DNA of 64,000 nt, taken from positions 72,788,001 through 72,852,000 of the forward strand of contig OZ241826.1 in assembly GCA_965202585.1 (NCBI GenBank). The letters run 5' to 3'. The notes under the pieces were generated by a model that did not search any database, was not told where the DNA came from, and saw only the letters and a program-made list of their open reading frames with translations. The translations under genes and the position numbers were made by a program. Below, piece after piece: positions 25,201-40,579 of this stretch (position 1 is the first letter of the stretch; each line of letters begins with the position of its first letter). This DNA comes from Thalia democratica. Lineage: Eukaryota.

Positions 25201-28200
25201 AATCACTAAAAACCTTTGTACGAAAATACGATGGTATTGAAGTTATCTTGATTTGACTTGTCAGCATTCGATTATCTTTTTAATTTTAAACTTTCTGCTA
25301 GTTTTTTTGAATTATGAATGCTTTGTTCTGTAAAAGCATTTGAAATCGATTTTATACATGATAAACATAAACGTAGATATTTATAAATAATATGCAAGGA
25401 ATAGAATAGATAAATAACATTCTACAATGATTTTGTAGAACTATCAAACCTTAAATCAAAAAAAAGAGTTGCAAGTAAAATTCGTATATAAAGTCTAACA
25501 TATTTTAAAAACTACACAAAACAGTTTTAAAAATGAAATTGTTGTCTGTTTAATATTAAGTATTTAAAATACTGTGTTTAAAAATATTAGTATTTAAAAA
25601 AGTATTAAATTTAAAAAAAATTACTTCTACTTATTTTGATTTTGATAAGAAACAGTACATTTAGTAATGTATTTGATAAAACAAAAATAGACAAAAACTT
25701 ACTTCAGACTAGAAATTTATTGTTACATACTACTAAATAAGTATACAAAAGTTTATAAAAATTAAAATTCGACAGCATTACAAAAACAAGACAAAAAAAA
25801 ATTATTCAAATACAAAAGGTCGGTTAACTAAATATTACAACCTTGCATTTTTAAACTCGGGTTTTATAATTTCTAGAAATCTTCCTAACATATTATCACA
25901 ACAGCACTTCCTTATATTACTGAGACTCATTCTTTATAAATGAGGATTGGTTTGTAATAAAAATCAATTTTAAAAACAGTTGTGACGTTATCTACATTAA
26001 GTAAACTTTTAGAAAAACTTAAACTTAGCGTTAAAGGATTTTTAAATGAATTGAGTTGTATAGTAGAGTTTAGCAAGAGATATAACTTATTTTATTCTAA
26101 AACGTTATTGGGAAAACATAAACAGCTAACAACCAGTCAAAAATACTAGTTGTAAATAATTTTTCTACAATTTAAAATATAAGAAAAATTAATTTTTATA
26201 ACTTTACTAATATTGAGGTTACCTTAACTTATAAAATTTTCAACTCTAAAAAAAGGCTTTGACAACACAATTGAAATGCTTACTACATGTTTTTTTTTTA
26301 AATTTTAGTTTTATAAAGAAATATTAAAATACTTAATAACTAGATTCGTTTTTTTTGTTAAATCAAATGAAACGCTGTTATTTTACTAAAATTTTTATTG
26401 TTACTAACTATTATTATTGCTTTCATCCATAATATCCCAAACCGTAGAAAACATATTGGATTAAATACATACATATACTGAATGTTTTAATTTTTGTTAA
26501 CTTTATTAAAACATCAATTATTCACTTAGTGTATGTATATCTTGCAAATAATGTAAACTTTTATTGAACTAAAAAATTAAAATATTAATCTATAATTTAA
26601 AAATTTTGTTTACATAAGTTTGTCTATATTTTAAGTTCATCATTTGCTAAGTATAATATAAGTGTATCAAAAGCCGTATGCTTAAAAATAAGACCTATTG
26701 TTTGCTATGTGAGATAGTGTTTTATAACCACACTAAAACCATAGTATCACAGGCTAGCCAAATCATTATGATTCAAAACCTTATAAAAGAATGAATATAT
26801 GCTAAAGTTAAAGTGTCAAAATAATTACATGTATTTACAACAAAATTTTAAACATAGCACACATTTCACGTTCAAGTTTTACAGCAGCTTTAACATAACA
26901 ATTACTTTGAGAAGTTGTTGTTTGTGTTTTTGAATAACAGTCGCAATTCCGTTAGTGTAAACACTTTTGTGTTTAAGTTGTTAAGGATGTAATTTTCAGA
27001 CTTAAATGCTAATCCGTGCTCACAACGTTTTAAGTTTTGTTGTACTTTTGTAACGTTTAGCATATCACTTTGTAATAAACTGTTTTTTTTTTCGAAAACA
27101 AAGAAAAACGTTGAAAAGCAGTTTATGTTGTTACAAAACCTGTTTTATTTGAACTTTAATACATTTGTATTTTAAGTATTAAAAAAAAAAAAATATTTTA
27201 AAAGTTTTAAAAACTTGACTAATACAGATTATAAAATGCAATTTTTTATACCTAAAGTATTTGTAGTACTAACAGTTTTTTTTTTTGATATAAGTTAGCA
27301 TAAAAAAACTAGTTTGCCTCACGACTTAAAATTTAAATCTTTACAAAGAGCAAAAATAGACAAAATTATTTTTATTATTCTGTATCATTATGGTAGTTGA
27401 TGGTTGTATTATAAAAAAAAAAGTAAGTATATGTATAAGAAAGACTTTCTTAATTTAACTAAATTCAGTTGTGCTGTACACTCTTTAAAGAAACAATTAT
27501 CAATATAAGGTAACATTAAAAATTTATTTTTATCAATGAATAATAAATTCCACTTGCTTAATATTACAGTTATTTTGTTATAAAGTTATCTAATTAAAAT
27601 TGAATTTAATACTTTATAGTTATTGTATTAAGAGTTGAATAAATACATTAATTTTATTTTTTTAAATATAAAATACTAAAAGTGTTGCAAATGTTTTAAT
27701 GCATATATCAAAGAAGAAAGAGTAAAAACTTGTATCGAAATCTTTGTTATACAAGCATTTCAAGTAGAAGATTTCGATGTTCTAGTGCATTTCAACAGAC
27801 AAATGGAAGTCCAAAAAACAAACAAAGTGGTTATTAAGATGTCACTTGAGTATCTAAAACTCCTTTAGAGTGCAAGCCGCAAGTCTTTTATTTGAGAAGA
27901 AAAAAACTTTTGATCTTTTGTTTTCTAACATTTTGCTTGCAAAATTGCATTAATCCTCAAGAAAATGCGAAACGAAATGCTTCAACCAAGAAATCTCTAT
28001 TGTTTTTACATAAAAAGTCAATTTAGTCATAACTATTAAAAGTTTTTAAAACTGTAAAAGTTCATTTTTAGGTTTAATAATGTTATAATAAAACAGTTTT
28101 ACAGCTTTTAAAAAATGTAAAGTTTCGTATTCAGTGTAGTATTTTCAAAAATGTTTATAACTTATTTTATATTAAAAAATAATACTAATTTCACTTTTTA

Positions 28201-29581
28201 GGCTTTACAAACCAATAATAACATATTAAAACATACTTTAAAGAAGTTTAAAGTTTATTTTACATAGTTTAGTATGCAAGAATGTTTTTTAGTTATATAC
28301 TGTGCCAGCATTTGTACATGGTGGGAAAAACAGTTTTAGTGTACATTTACTGTACAAGAAAAAAGTTTAGTTGCTACAAATTTGGTTACATGTAAAAATA
28401 CTTTTTACAATTGTTAAATAACTTTATAGCTTGGAACTAATAAATTATATAATAAAAATCTAGTTGAGCAAGTAAGAGCTATATTGATCTAATTCTGAAA
28501 AAGAAAAGCAGACATTTGTTCAATAACTTTTAACTATAATCCTTTATGTTTGGGAAAAAGTACTGTTTTTTGTGCTTAACTTAAATAATAAACTGAAAGT
28601 TATTTTACATGTTGTCATAATGTTATTAATGATATTCTTAGCTTTAAATAATCTAAAATGAAGTTTTGATGAAAATATTTTTTTACTTTAAAACACTCAG
28701 GTTGTTTTTTATGCTTCCGTTGTTATATTTTTCAGATCATCTTATCTAAGAGACTGAAATTTTACTTTGTAAGAAATAGAATTTTGTAGTTGTAAGACTA
28801 AAATAAAGTTTGTTATTATTTAAGCTATTCTGTTTGTAAATTCTTTTACGTGAAATCTTCACAACAGCTTAAAATAGAAAGCTAAAAACCCATTTTGCTA
28901 ATGGCTAATGAGTAAAAGCTAATTTCATATTTTATTAGAAAAACACCTGTTTATGAGAACATTAAAAAGTATCATTATCATTTCACGACAACATTTAACT
29001 GAAACTCTATACGAACTGACACAAAAATATTTGTAATGATTCTACGAAACATTTTATTAGGGTGTAGTATTCTAAATTGTAAAAAAAAAGTTTTAGAGTT
29101 ATTATTTTAAAACATAACTTACAATACTAAAAAAAAGATTTTTATTTTATAAATTTTAACATTTAAACAAACTTTGTTAAGAAAAATGTACAAAACATAA
29201 CAACTAATGTGAATATTTTAGACTAGTTTTAAAACATAAAAAGCTAGTATAAACTAATATAAAACTATTGATAGTTATTAACTATTAAGATATACACTAA
29301 ATTACACTTTAATTCAAAAAAAATTAAAAAACTTATTTATTGGTTATAGTTTTTTTAATAAAAAAACTTTGACTGTTTTTAAATATTTTTTCTTAGATAC
29401 TTTTGCTGTGTAACATTAAATTGTAAAATAGTAATTTTTGTAATATTTAATACTGTGAAAACTTTCGGTCAGTTTTTTTTTCATACTGTTTTAATAAAAA
29501 TCGTGCATTGAAATAGCGGTTTCAAAGTATTTTGAAAACTGTAAACAATAACTTGTTAATTATGAATTAAAATTTAAATAA

Positions 29582-29772
29582 AATAAAAAGATCTGCTATT
29601 GCGGAACATTTGGTGAATAATCAGAGTCATGCTCAAAGTTTAAATTTGAAGAGATTTAAGATAATTAAAAGTTTGATTAAAAGTATAACGTGTTTGATTT
29701 AGTTAAAATGGAAGCTATATGTATCTTAAATAGAAAACCTAACCTTTGTAGGCAAAAAGAACTTGACAACTA
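29582..29772 (+). mobile_element. Penelope-like retroelement relic, 3' end of the GIY-YIG endonuclease
   Basis: IKRSAIAEHLVNNQ...FKIIKS, then a frameshift, then NVFDLVKMEAICILNRKPNLCRQKE. Clearly homologous to 46461-46856. Confidence 0.8.
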
Positions 29773-32700
29773 TTTACTAGACAGATAATTTAGAATATTT
29801 TTTACTAATGAAACTAATCTTACTACTACTTAGTTATTTTTATTTGTAATTAGTAGTATACTAAAATTAGTCAAGAGCTATTCAACTTTACCTTTTTAAA
29901 AACAAAAAAAAAGTTACAAGGTCAGCAGCAGTTGCAAATAACAATAGTTAGTGATAAAAAGTCTTTCGCGGGCCAGATTTGTTAGAAAAATCTTTCGCGG
30001 GCTACTGTAAATAGAAAAGCTGTACTATGCAAATATAAACTTTTTCAAAGAAAAAGAGAAGTTGAAAACAGTTAGAAATTACTGTTTAACTATTCGAATT
30101 AAAGGAATGCATGGAAATATTAATTATATAAAAGTTTGAGTTTTGTAGTTTACCCAAGCAGTTTGCTCGACCCGGAGTTAGACTAAATACTTAGTCGTCT
30201 AATAAAAGTTTTATCCTGCAAATTACGTTTCAACATTTTATCAGAGCCTGAATTTTGTACTGTGTTCTGTTTAAAGCTACAAATTGTTAATGACAAAAAA
30301 ATTGTATAAGTAACTTGAATATTAAAACTTTCTGTTATTGCTAGAAACTTGTTAAACTCTTTATCTATGTATGATCTACAAATACTGAAGAACATAAATA
30401 TAAATAACAGCTTTTATATTAAAAATTATTTTAATTATAATCATAAACGTTTTTACTCTATTTTTTTATTTTTAGTACAAAAAACTTTTAATTTTCATAA
30501 ACACCTAGTGAAAAGTATACAGCGTAATGAAATCATGGAATTAGTTCTTTGTTTTCTTAATTTAAAGAAAAACTCGATGAGATTTGTAATTAAGTGTAAT
30601 TACATTTTACTAAATAACACAATTTGTACAAATTTAAGCAAGATATACTAGTTAATTTACCGTTTATTGTATTTAAATTTTCAACGTTCTTTTAAGAAAA
30701 AAATGCGTTGAAATAGGTTGAACGTTAATTGTTTTGAAAACTTCAAAAGAATATATTTCAACCAAGTTAACTTTTACGATAATTTTATTAAACTGAACCA
30801 ACTAATAACGGTTTCTTCATGTAAATTATTACAGACCTGTAACACAATAATCAACTGTGAACTTTATAGTTTCAATCAGATTGCATGCTTTATTTTTCAA
30901 CGCATCAATTATTAGCTTGATATTATCACAAAAAGTGATAAGAAATCGTAAATAGTTATCGGCTCGAGATAAACAAAACTAACACGTTTGAAATGTTTAT
31001 TTGTTTGCGCTTTTTTATCTAACGAGATACTAAAAATTCAGTCTTTGAGAAGAGAGCATAATTATAAGCTAGTTTTTTTTTGCACAAAAGGTTGTAGATA
31101 CATTTTATTATATTTCATAAATCATTCTCTATGCCACAAACTTTGTTTTATGTTTAACAAAGTAGTAAAAATCAGAAAAAAATTTTTTACCAAAAATACA
31201 ACAGTAGAAAATTAGTACTTTATTATTAATAACTCTAAAATAATTATTTTTCAAATCAGGATTTTCCAAACTTATTTTCATAATGACCCCTTAACAAAAA
31301 TTAAAAAAATAATTACCCTTTTGTTTTATATTTCCCTTCCACTAGTTAACTTCACATTTACTTTTTACTGCGTTACTATTCATTGCCCCTTATAGAAAAA
31401 AAGTCCTCCACGGGGACAATATCGCTCATTTTGGGTACTAACCATATTCTAAGTACTTAACTTTTTTTATACTACATTCCACTTGTTCTAAGTGGAATTT
31501 TATTGTTATAATCTTTCTTCATGGTCAAATGTTGAATACCAAGCTAAACTTAGTCAAATAGAAAACTTAAAAGTAAAAACTCCACGACTGCTCCAAATTT
31601 GAAAATCCACTCTATCACCCCTTTATGGCCTCCGAATTATAGAAATATCGATACCTCCCCATATGGGAAACCAACGTTTAGATTAGATCAATGCCGTTGA
31701 AAAATTATCATTACTATATGTCATAGCTTTTTAAGATAACGAAATAATGCAAAAGTTGTAAGAAAACTATTTAAGTTATCAATTAATATTCGTTTATAGT
31801 TTTCAGGTAGATCGAATTTTTTTAGTTTAAATTTATGTACTCTTTATTCATATTTATATGATTAAAATACATTGATATTATACATGATTTAGTTTTTTAG
31901 GAGAGGAAACAAAATTTTATGATATGGAATTTTAAGTTGTAGATTATCAAACCTGTTAATATTCTTAGTCAACAAAAGTCTTTAAAAATAGTTACATACA
32001 TGAGTTGTTTAAATTAAACAAAATTTAATGAAAACAAAACGAAAACAAGTATAGTTTATTTTATAAAAAGGTAACTAACCTCATTAAATAAAGCAAACTA
32101 TCTCTGAATAGTTTACTTTTAAGAACCAGCTACAATAAGCTCTAGTCTTTTTTATATATTTGTCTTGCTTCTACTTTTATTAACACACTTATTAGTTTTT
32201 TTAATGTTTTATTGTTTAGAATTATTTATTCAATTAGTCTGATACAGAAAGTAAAACTAGTTTCGGAAACACCTGTTTTTCACAGCTATGCCATTAGAAT
32301 CATTAGTTTTAGGTTACAAAAATATTTGAAACATTAAACCAACGAACAAGTCATTTTTTGTAATGACTCAAAGTAAAACATACTGACCTAAATAAAAATA
32401 TTTCTTTTAGAAAACTATTAAGTTTAGTTGTTTTACATTCAGTTTTGTTTACGTTAATAAATTTTAACGTAAACATTTTTTTTATTTTCTGTGAAAAACT
32501 TTTAAGATATTTTTTTTATGTGATTTTTTTTTTTCTTGTTACTTAAATAAAAATCGTTCAATTTTAATAAACAGCCAAAATTCAAATTTTCAAATTACTA
32601 TAAATATTTCACTATATTATAGATTTGTAAACCGCAGTAAAGTTAACAATATAGTAAGTGTTAATAATCTTACTATACATAAAAGTTTAGCTTTTGTTCA

Positions 32701-35689
32701 CTACCAATACTTATGAAAAGGTCAGTAAGCACCGTTATGTTATTGTTCAGTTTACTAAAAGCTTACTACGTATATCCTCATTCAGTCAGTAAAAGGTAAA
32801 TCATCTAAGAAATTTGTGTTTTTTTTTATTCAGCTGTTTTTTCATATATGTATTTTTTTTTAACATTTTAAAGTTTTATTTTCATAATAATACTTGTTAA
32901 AGAAAGTTATAGTTTTTGATTTCTTTTTACTTCATAATAAACTCTGTCTAAATGGAACAAAATAAACTGGCTAATGCAATATAACAGTAGCACAAAAAAC
33001 TGAGTTCAATTATATTTAGTAATTGTTTGTACAGTAGAATTTATTTATAGCTTCAGTTGGTATATTGATGGTCTATTCTTAGTCATTACCTTAGTTACAT
33101 TTGTTTAATTAAAATTTCTTTTTTTTTCTTCAAAATGATTTGATCCAACTTATTATCGAAACTCAGTGCGTACCTGTTAAGTTGGTATTCGTACTGTAAG
33201 TTTAAAACAACTTCTAGATAATAAATCTAGTTGACAAAAATTAGTGAGATAACTTTAATACTAGTTATTTAAAAAAAGTGTAAAACATTGGAATAAGTTT
33301 TAAATTTTATCAAGTTTTTTTATAATTTTAGTAAGTGCTATACAATAACTTAATGTATATATCATTGTTTTAGTTTTACAGTTCTAAGGATTAAATATGT
33401 TTTATTACATAAATATAAATGTTATAAAACTTTTTATAAAACAATTCGTAATGCGTTAAACACGACAATAATCATATACTATTGTATTATCATCTAAGAC
33501 ACTGATGAAAAGAAAAAAAAATAATTTATAACAAGCCTTCCCATTCAAAAAACGTAAGAATAATTAAACACATACTTATTACACTATTATACTTCAACCC
33601 ACAAAGTTTTATGTCTTATTCAAGTATTTTTGCTTTTTTTATGGTTTAAAAGAAAGAATATCAAAAAAGTAGTTAACAAATTTACCTTCCTTTGGTTCAA
33701 AACATACTAAAATTAGCTAACTAGATAAAATTATTACTTTATGATACTTTAACTACTTATTAACCGTATAGTCTTTTTTATAAGCACTAAGTCATTTAGG
33801 TTTTTGAATTATTTAGTAATTTTTTACACTTTAAAAGTGAACTACTTAAATAACACATATTTTTGCTGTCAAGTTAACTTCATGTATATATCTATACACA
33901 TATATCAATACTTATTGTAGTATAAACATATTTTCTAATTTTGGTACAAAGTTTAGCAAAGTTAATTTTTCGTTTTATTTCAGTAGTTAAAATAAATAAA
34001 CGGGAATAGTTGTTGCTAGTATAATAGTTTTGAATTTTGAATGATCTATAATAATTTTACACTAGATATTTGTTCTAAATTTCTGCGTTTGTTTTTTAAT
34101 TAACCTACAGGATTTTTTTGTTGATTGTAATTGTAATTGATTTTTAGTCTAAAACCATTACATTTAAAACTGTTTCTTTATGATATGTACATAAGACCTA
34201 TTTCATGCTTTAAAACAAAAATTAGAACTAAAGAAGTGTAAAGAGTGTTAAATTTTAAAAGAAATTTTGATACAAAATAATAGTAATTTTTATTATAAAT
34301 TACATTGAAAATAAAACTATTAAAAATAGCGAATTGTTAAACGAAAAGTAGTGAAATAAAGTTTAAAATACTTTAACGAATCAACTAAGCATTTTTTTAA
34401 ATTTTGAAGTTTAATTTACCAGATTTAAAGCATTTTTTATCTCTATGTCTAAAAAAATTTTTTAGAATTATTTTTATTTCTTTTTTAAACGATTAATTTT
34501 TTTTTTCACTATTTTTTAAACTTATGTATGTAAACTTAGAAAAAAAGTTTTATTTTTTCAAAAAATGTATATAGTATTATAAAAAGTTTATTTAAAGAGC
34601 TAGTCGAAAAATAATAAATTACTTAATAAGGTTTAAAATATGAAAAATACTATAGCAGTATAGAATACTAAGATACATTTTTTTCTAATACATAAATTTC
34701 AAGTATACTTAAATCTTGTAGAATACACAAAAGTTGAATTTGTTCCACAAAGTTAGACTAAATCGCTGAAAGTATGTTAAAACATATTAGTAAGTGAAAA
34801 TCAGACTTAAAAAGACAACTGTCGAACAAGACATTCAACAAAAAAGTTATAAAACTTTCTAAGACAGCATTTAATAATTAAGGGAAAATAACAACGTTAA
34901 ATCATATTTTCCGCTTTAATTCCCTTAAGTATTTCAGCTTTGTTTAACAACTTGGAAAGTTCAAGCAAGTTTGTCGTAAGTTTTCTACTAAATGCTTTCA
35001 TTTAGCTACTTTGTAAAAGTTTCTAATTAAGTTGATAATGCCAAACAAAAGTTAATTTTAAAATGAACTTATTTTCTTAATGTTTCCTTTGTATTTTTCC
35101 TGGTTGAATAATTAATACAAAAATATTAAAGTCCTTCGTATACTTTACAGCCAAAACTTGGATAAAAAAAAACTTGTTTAAAATGTTATATCATCTTGTT
35201 AAACTACCTAAATAAAACTATAGGTAAATCACGCTGTTAAGTATACTAATTCAAACGAAGTTAACAAGTTTTAAAACCTAGAAAAAGTATTTAACTTTGT
35301 GTACAAACTTTGTATTTACGAAGTAGTTTTAAGTGTATTTTATTAAAGGATTTTTTAAGGGAAAAATTGTGTATAAATTTCGTTAGGTTCCTAATAACTT
35401 AGCTTGTTTTTAAGAGATTTTGATAAATTACAGCAAACATTCAATTTAAATGATACGTTAAGTGAAATTAATAAATAGCATATAATTTTTTTATTAGAAA
35501 ACAGTGCTTGTATATTTTACAACTAAATCTAAAATCTAAAACTAATATGTTTGATAGTTCGCATTGTACTTTGACTGATTGCATACTGTGCACACTTTTA
35601 AAGTAAAAATGTATTTTTTTCTAGTATAAAAAGCTAACTTTATAACAAACTGACTCTCCTGGACAAGACATTAAAAAGTAACTGTGAAG

Positions 35690-35790
35690 AGCGGCTCGAT
35701 AAACGAAAGGTAATTTGTGCACCAGGTCCTAGGACCAAATATACTGAACTTTTTTTTTCTCGTTCAATAAACTATAATAATATTCTTAAC
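35690..35790 (+). repeat. Short dispersed repeat with a central palindrome, copy A
   Basis: CTCGATAA..AAAGG...CACCAGGTCCTAGGACCAAA aligns with 59945-60050. Confidence 0.55.
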
Positions 35791-36732
35791 ACGTTTTTTA
35801 GTATAGTGTGCAAAAAGCTTATATTCAAGTAACTTACTGTGCTTATCTTTTAAAAATGTTAAAGACCACTAGATTAAACTATTACATTTTACTTTTAAAT
35901 AAAACAACTTGTTTAAGCGGTTTTTTTTAAGGGAGTTAAATATAAATTATTAAAGATGACTCGACGTATTTAAAATTTCCTAACAGCTAATATGCAAAAC
36001 TTTAAAAGTGATGAAAATTTAATGAAAAATTTAACTATTGACAACTTAACAAATGAAGAAAACTTAAAGGCAAATTATAGTTCAGATTTAAATATAAAAT
36101 ATGTCATATAAACCTAGTCAACTATTTAATTTATAAAATTCAAATCTAGCAGAAAATTTAGTTGAAAATTTTTCGTAGCCTGACAAGTTTTAATTAGCAC
36201 CAAAATAATAAGTAATAATAAACATTTTTTTTAGATAAAAGTTACAAAGCTTAGAATTTATAAAACATAGACTTCACCGTTTCTAAAAAAATCTGTTTGC
36301 ACCTTATTTATAAAAATTTCAAGATAAAAATAATTATTTTTTTCTTAAACATATTAAAAATTAAAAATTTAGAACAAGTATGGCTGGTGTGGTGTACAGT
36401 ACGTATTTGATCAATAGTGTTTTTTGTTGAGTTTTATGGTTGCATGACAACTCATATTCTTAAATAATGTTAAACAGTAGTGTTTATATAAATAAAATAA
36501 TAGAATGAGTATGTAGATTTAATTAAATAGATGATAATAGAGAAAAGAACAAAGAAATAGTTTCATTAAAAAAGAAAACTACTATATATTACTAAACTTT
36601 TCACTTATTTTTACCATATCTTAAAAAAAAGAAAACATTTTGCAAAAAAGCTATCGATATCATAAAAACCTACATACGCATTTTTTAAAGAATTTGACTT
36701 GTCGGAATTTAAATTGTCCAAGTTTAAATAAT

Positions 36733-38151
36733 CAGGGGCGTGTCTTGACTTTTTTCAAAGGGGGTTCACAATTTTTTTGATCTTAATTTGCCGCTTAAGT
36801 ACGCATTTCTTAAGTATGCACTGCCAGTTAAATACGCAATATTTAGCCGAAAATCTATGTGTTTAAAATGCTTTTTTTCTGCTTTGAAATAAAAAACATA
36901 TAAGTAGTAATAGAAAAATATTTTTTTTAATTTGTTATACTTCATAATATTTAGATAAATTAAAACTAAAAGAACCAGAAAAAAGTTATGAACTTACAAA
37001 TTGTATATCAAAATTCAAATTTGTTATTTAAAACAAAAATATTACAGACATAACTAACTTACTCTACAAAAATTAACCTTTTTATCAGGAAACAATATTA
37101 TAAAATAATTAAAACTAGAATAAAATTTTATAAAGAGAATTTCAATTTCTATTTAAATGTTAGTATAGATGGAGTTCTTAAATTTTTTTCTTTTAAACTT
37201 TAAACTCTTTACATTTGTATATCTATTTATAATAAAAATATTTTTTTTAAGTACTTTAATCTATAAAAATTGAAATTTCACGAAAAAAATGTTTAGATTT
37301 ATACAATTAAATTAAAATATCTTTAAAGTTTATTTAATGTTTGCCTGATGGTGCAGGGATTCAAATGATGGTTTTGAAATCCCTTTGAGTTAAAAATTTC
37401 AAAAAATTAAGAATCAACTTTTTTTCCAACAGATAAACAAAAATAAAACAACTTAAATTAAAAACTTAAAACACCATTAAATGATAAAAGAATAAATTTT
37501 CAGGTGGTGTAGTTGTCTAAAGATGATTTTAAAAACTCTCTGAATTGAACTTTTCAAGGTTTAAACCCAGTTGGTTGACACGTAAACAAAAAATATTAAT
37601 GTTTAAGTACAAACACAACATTATTATATAACAACATAACACAAAATACATTATAAATTATTAATTATATAAAATTATTATTTAAAATTTTAATAAATTA
37701 TAAACGTTAAAATACATCATATACATAAAACTAAGTAAAATAAAACTTTAGTGATTATGTTGGACATTTTTTAAGTAAAATTGTACTTACTAGTTCAAAA
37801 ACAATACTTATTCAAAAGATATTTACACTAAGTAACAATTTATAATGGTAACTAAGAGCATCTTAGTAAAAAGTTTCCTAGAAAAAAAATGCTACTTTAA
37901 AACTTTTACCTATTATGACGTCACAGTTAAAATTTTATTTAAAATCTGTTTCAGCTGGGCAAAAACGAGAATTTTTTGCTACTGCAACTTTTTAATCTTT
38001 CAGTTTTATAAATTCAACATTCATTATTCAATGTTTATCAAATAACCAAAACAAAGTCAATAAAGAACGTTTTTAGTGATATTCTAAGAATCTTTTTTCT
38101 GTTCTTTTTTTTTCAGGGGGTTCACAGGAAACCAGTCAAAACACGCCCCTG
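36733..38151. mobile_element. Non-autonomous TIR element of about 1.4 kb (hAT-like termini)
   Basis: Left CAGGGGCGTGTCTTGACT and right AGTCAAAACACGCCCCTG form an 18-bp inverted repeat with 1 mismatch. GGGGGTTCACA occurs as a direct repeat inside both ends. The interior is AT-rich and non-coding. No TSD visible. Confidence 0.6.
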
Positions 38152-40579
38152 TCGTGCACTCAAGGTTTTTATTCCTATTTAACTTTATAATCTTTATTTT
38201 CAAAAAAGGTTTCGCTACTCTAGTTTAAAATACCAATAATAGGTGGTGAACTAGAACAAAACTTTCTGACTGGTAAATGTATAGTAAACAACAGGACAAA
38301 CTAGTTCATAAACATCTATAATTCGAGCTGTTCTCATTAGTAGAACACAAAGCTAGCATTAGGTAAAACTTTTAAACTTGTACAGTAAGAAAGTAGTCAT
38401 AAAGTAGTTAAAGAGCAAAAAAACAATAAAACTAATTTAAAACTAGTGATTGATTTAAAACTTCTCAACTTATATATGTTTGATTAATCTAGTTGATTGA
38501 CATTAAAACATGTTACTTTAATTAATTTTACACGACTTATAAAGTATAAAGTATGAAAAAATATAAAGAAACCGTATAATCAAAATCTTTTTGCTTACAT
38601 GACACATGTTTCATTAATTAGATACAAATAGCTTAAAGTTTATTTAAATTGAAAATGTCTTACAATTTTTAGTTGTTTTAATTTAAATATAACTGTTTGC
38701 ACACGTTGGGTTATTTACTAAATGTTTTGTAGTTTAAATGTAAAAGCATTTAAAGTTTTAATAGGGATACTATCCTCATCTTCTTCAGAAATACAAAATC
38801 CTCTATGCTTTTCGGGAATTAAAAAAAAATCTTTTGTCCTGGTGGTCTTGTCTTTAGGTACTCTTTGGAAAACGCTGATGTTTACAGTTATGATGGTATA
38901 AACATTGTTTGTTTAAACTTATTTAACCCAAGACAAAATAAAGGGAATCAAAATTTAAACGACTAAAAGTTTCTAAAACCCAAAATTATAATAATACACC
39001 TATTTTATTAAAGCTATATTTTTTATATTTGTACGTATATGTATAAATTTTAGTTTTAGCATAGTATAGCGCTTTATATTATGTATTTGTAATAATTCTA
39101 AGTCTTACTATTCAAACTTCAAACTTAACTTTTCAAAGAAATCAATAACGAATGAAGTTTGTTAAATTTTAGATAATACTTAATAATATTTTTATCTAGT
39201 TTCAGATGTATCTAAACATTAAAAAGAAAAAGGTGTTAATAAAGGTAACATTAAAACAAGGCTAAGAGAAATAATTGTTATGGTTTTAACTAAAAAATAG
39301 TTTAACTAACTTTATTGTTAACGACGTTTTTGTTTTAATGTACTACGGTATTTAAAAAAGAAAAGTAATACCACAATAAATAAGAAATAACAATCGATTG
39401 ATAACTGTAATCACTATAGATTAAAAAATTCTCTTTTTTTTAGGAAAACATTATATTTTGAAAACTTAGCTTTTACCTGGTTTAAGAACAACTTTGTCTT
39501 AACCTATACCTTGTCAGCTGAGATTGGTAGCTAAAATGGAAAAGTTTAAAAACCAAATTTCACAATAATCTTAATACAAATATTAAAAAGAAAACTGTTT
39601 TTAAACTTTTTTTCATCTAAAAATAGCCTCTTTTAAGATTAAGTTTTAGTACTTACATTTCAGTATACTTTTAAACTTTTTCAGTTAGTTTTTTGTTAAA
39701 ACTTTACCAATTTTTTTAAATGAATGTTCAAAACAAATCTAAACAACAACATTCGTTTTTAAAACTTGTTATCTTATAAGTTTTCTATTACTTAATTGGT
39801 CTAGACTAGAAAACTAATATTTTCTTAATAGAACTTTTAAGCAAAGTTGCGAACAAAATTTATAACATTAACGTAGCTAATATGTTTAAAGCTCAAGAAA
39901 CTTTTCATATCTTTTATAGGGTCTTTGTCTAATTGAGTACTAATATATCATTAGACATTACATAAGTTTTTTGAAAACTATATGATTTAATTTCTTCAAG
40001 GTAATTTTTTAAGATTTTTTCTACATTATTGTGTATCTTCCACGTATACAAAATTTCATTGTTACATATCTATGCTTTTTAATGCAGTAAACATTTCAAA
40101 AAAAAAGAACAATTTTTTTAATTTTTTCTATAAACAAAAGAAAACAATATGATTAAATATTTTTTTATTGACTCTATTAAGATTTTTACCAATGTGTAAG
40201 CAGAAAAAAAAGTTATCAAGTTAATTCTATGTTAGATATCTAAAAAATTTATATGATATTAACTTGTTTTTTTAAACGCTATCTTGACTTAATATACTAT
40301 ATATTATATAACATATTACTTTCAAACAAACGAATGAAAAGAACTAAAATAAACTTACTTTACCATTTACGTTAGTTCGAAAATATTGGATTTAATCTAA
40401 TTTTTCTTAACATAGTATATTATTTAAAGCTATTTCTTGAAACTTTTAATTTTTGTTTTTCCTACTTTAATATGTGATAGATTAAGTGAAATATAATTTC
40501 TGAACTGTCATAGAACAATTAAACACAATACAAAAGTGTTTTTTTAATTTTAATGGTTTCCCAATTACATCATGATATT

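Noticed and set aside
29920-30175. Tandem TCTTTCGCGGGC motifs and a GCTCGACCC end suggestive of a hAT MITE; also the 31380-31700 GC patch
   Set aside because: Termini are too decayed to define boundaries or a TSD.
38740-38910. Minus-strand open stretch ...VFQRVPKDKTTRTKDFFLIPEKHRGFCISEEDEDSIPIK
   Set aside because: No start or acceptor and no recognisable family; could be part of the Kelch relic but unverifiable.
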